From an uncultured Dehalococcoidaceae bacterium (GTDB lineage Bacteria > Chloroflexota > Dehalococcoidia > Dehalococcoidales > RBG-16-60-22): a stretch of DNA of 45,038 bases. The notes under the pieces are model-generated. The model did not search any database, was not told the DNA's origin, and saw nothing but the letters and a program-made list of their open reading frames with translations. The stretch's first letter is position 1, and every line of letters begins with the position of its first letter. This document shows positions 44,600 through 45,038 of this stretch, in pieces. The stretch is taken from positions 1 through 45,038 of the forward strand of contig CAZPSP010000002.1 in assembly GCA_964589285.1 (NCBI GenBank), in the 5' to 3' direction. The position numbers and the translations under genes are program-made.

Positions 44600-45038
44600 A
44601 TGAAAATACTGGTAACGGGTGGTGCCGGCTTTATCGGTTCTCACATAGCCGACGCGTTGCTGCGCGATAACCATGAAGTAGTAGTTGTGGACAATTTATC
44701 AACGGGTTGCCGTGCCAACGTGCCGGCGGGGACCGTGTTTTACCAGGCAAGCATCCTGGACCGGAGAATCCGGCATATATTCAAAATAGAAAAACCGGAA
44801 ATCGTCTTTCATGAAGCGGCGCAGACCGTGGTTACCCGTTCCGTACGGGAGCCCGTCTTCGATGCCCGCACCAATATCCTGGGCAGCCTCAACCTTCTCG
44901 ATGCCTGCGTACACTTCGGGGTGAGAAAAGTCATCTACGCCTCTTCCTGCGCCGCCTACGGCACGCCCCGGTATATCCCTCTCGATGAAGCCCACCCGCT
45001 CGATGCGATGTCTCCGTACGGTGTTTCCAAGCAAACCG
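44600..45038 (+). CDS. NAD-dependent epimerase (UDP-glucose 4-epimerase-like), N-terminal part only, cut by window edge
   Basis: Absent from the ORF track. GGAGG lies 7 nt upstream. MKILVTGGAGFIGSHIADALLRDNHEVVVVDNLSTG...VIYASSCAAYG...MSPYGVSKQT (GxxGxxG and YxxxK). Confidence 0.85.
   Translation, partial: MKILVTGGAGFIGSHIADALLRDNHEVVVVDNLSTGCRANVPAGTVFYQASILDRRIRHIFKIEKPEIVFHEAAQTVVTRSVREPVFDARTNILGSLNLLDACVHFGVRKVIYASSCAAYGTPRYIPLDEAHPLDAMSPYGVSKQT

Noticed and set aside
1-45038. Search for CRISPR arrays, tRNA/rRNA genes, IS elements, integrases, toxin-antitoxin pairs or defence-system genes
   Set aside because: No regularly spaced direct repeats were seen. No GGTTCGAATCC-type T-loop motif was found in a non-coding context on either strand. 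No transposase, integrase or nuclease-like ORFs were seen. The window reads as core chromosome.

Overview
This is a densely coding 45-kb chromosomal segment with about 46 CDS. GGAGG-type Shine-Dalgarno sites are strong and GTG/TTG starts are frequent. I recognised no rRNA, tRNA, CRISPR array, transposase, integrase or phage gene, so it does not look like a mobile island. The gene content points to an anaerobe; the lineage cannot be assigned from this window alone.

Content by theme:
- Alpha-glucan and trehalose-type sugar metabolism: malQ (cut by the left edge), two GlgC-family paralogs, an OtsB1-like HAD/T6PP/GH65 giant, glmS and two SDR epimerases.
- 2-oxoacid oxidation: the iorAB operon.
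- Signal transduction: two cytoplasmic PAS/HisKA_3 kinases and six response-regulator-like genes, several of them atypical.
- Stress proteins: Hsp20, two YtxH proteins and MsrA.

Two real genes are missing from the supplied ORF track because they run off the window edges: malQ at 1..1784 (-) and an epimerase at 44600..45038 (+).

Most notable observations:
1. An exported MsrA has its reading frame interrupted only by a TGA at the catalytic-Cys position. A perfect hairpin follows 13 nt downstream. This is a candidate selenoprotein with a bacterial SECIS element.
2. IorA carries a roughly 410-aa GltD-like (NAD(P)H/FAD) module inserted ahead of its C-terminal ferredoxin domain.
3. An uncharacterised cupin-ferredoxin-cupin cassette is transcribed divergently from the ior operon.
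4. A NarL-type response regulator is tightly packed with a DsrM/NarI-like and DsrK/HdrD-like membrane redox pair.
5. A catalytically degenerate GlgC paralog looks like a GlgD-type subunit.
6. An OtsB1-like tri-domain protein is translationally coupled to a D-2-hydroxyacid dehydrogenase.

All functional calls rest on motif recognition by eye. No database search was run.
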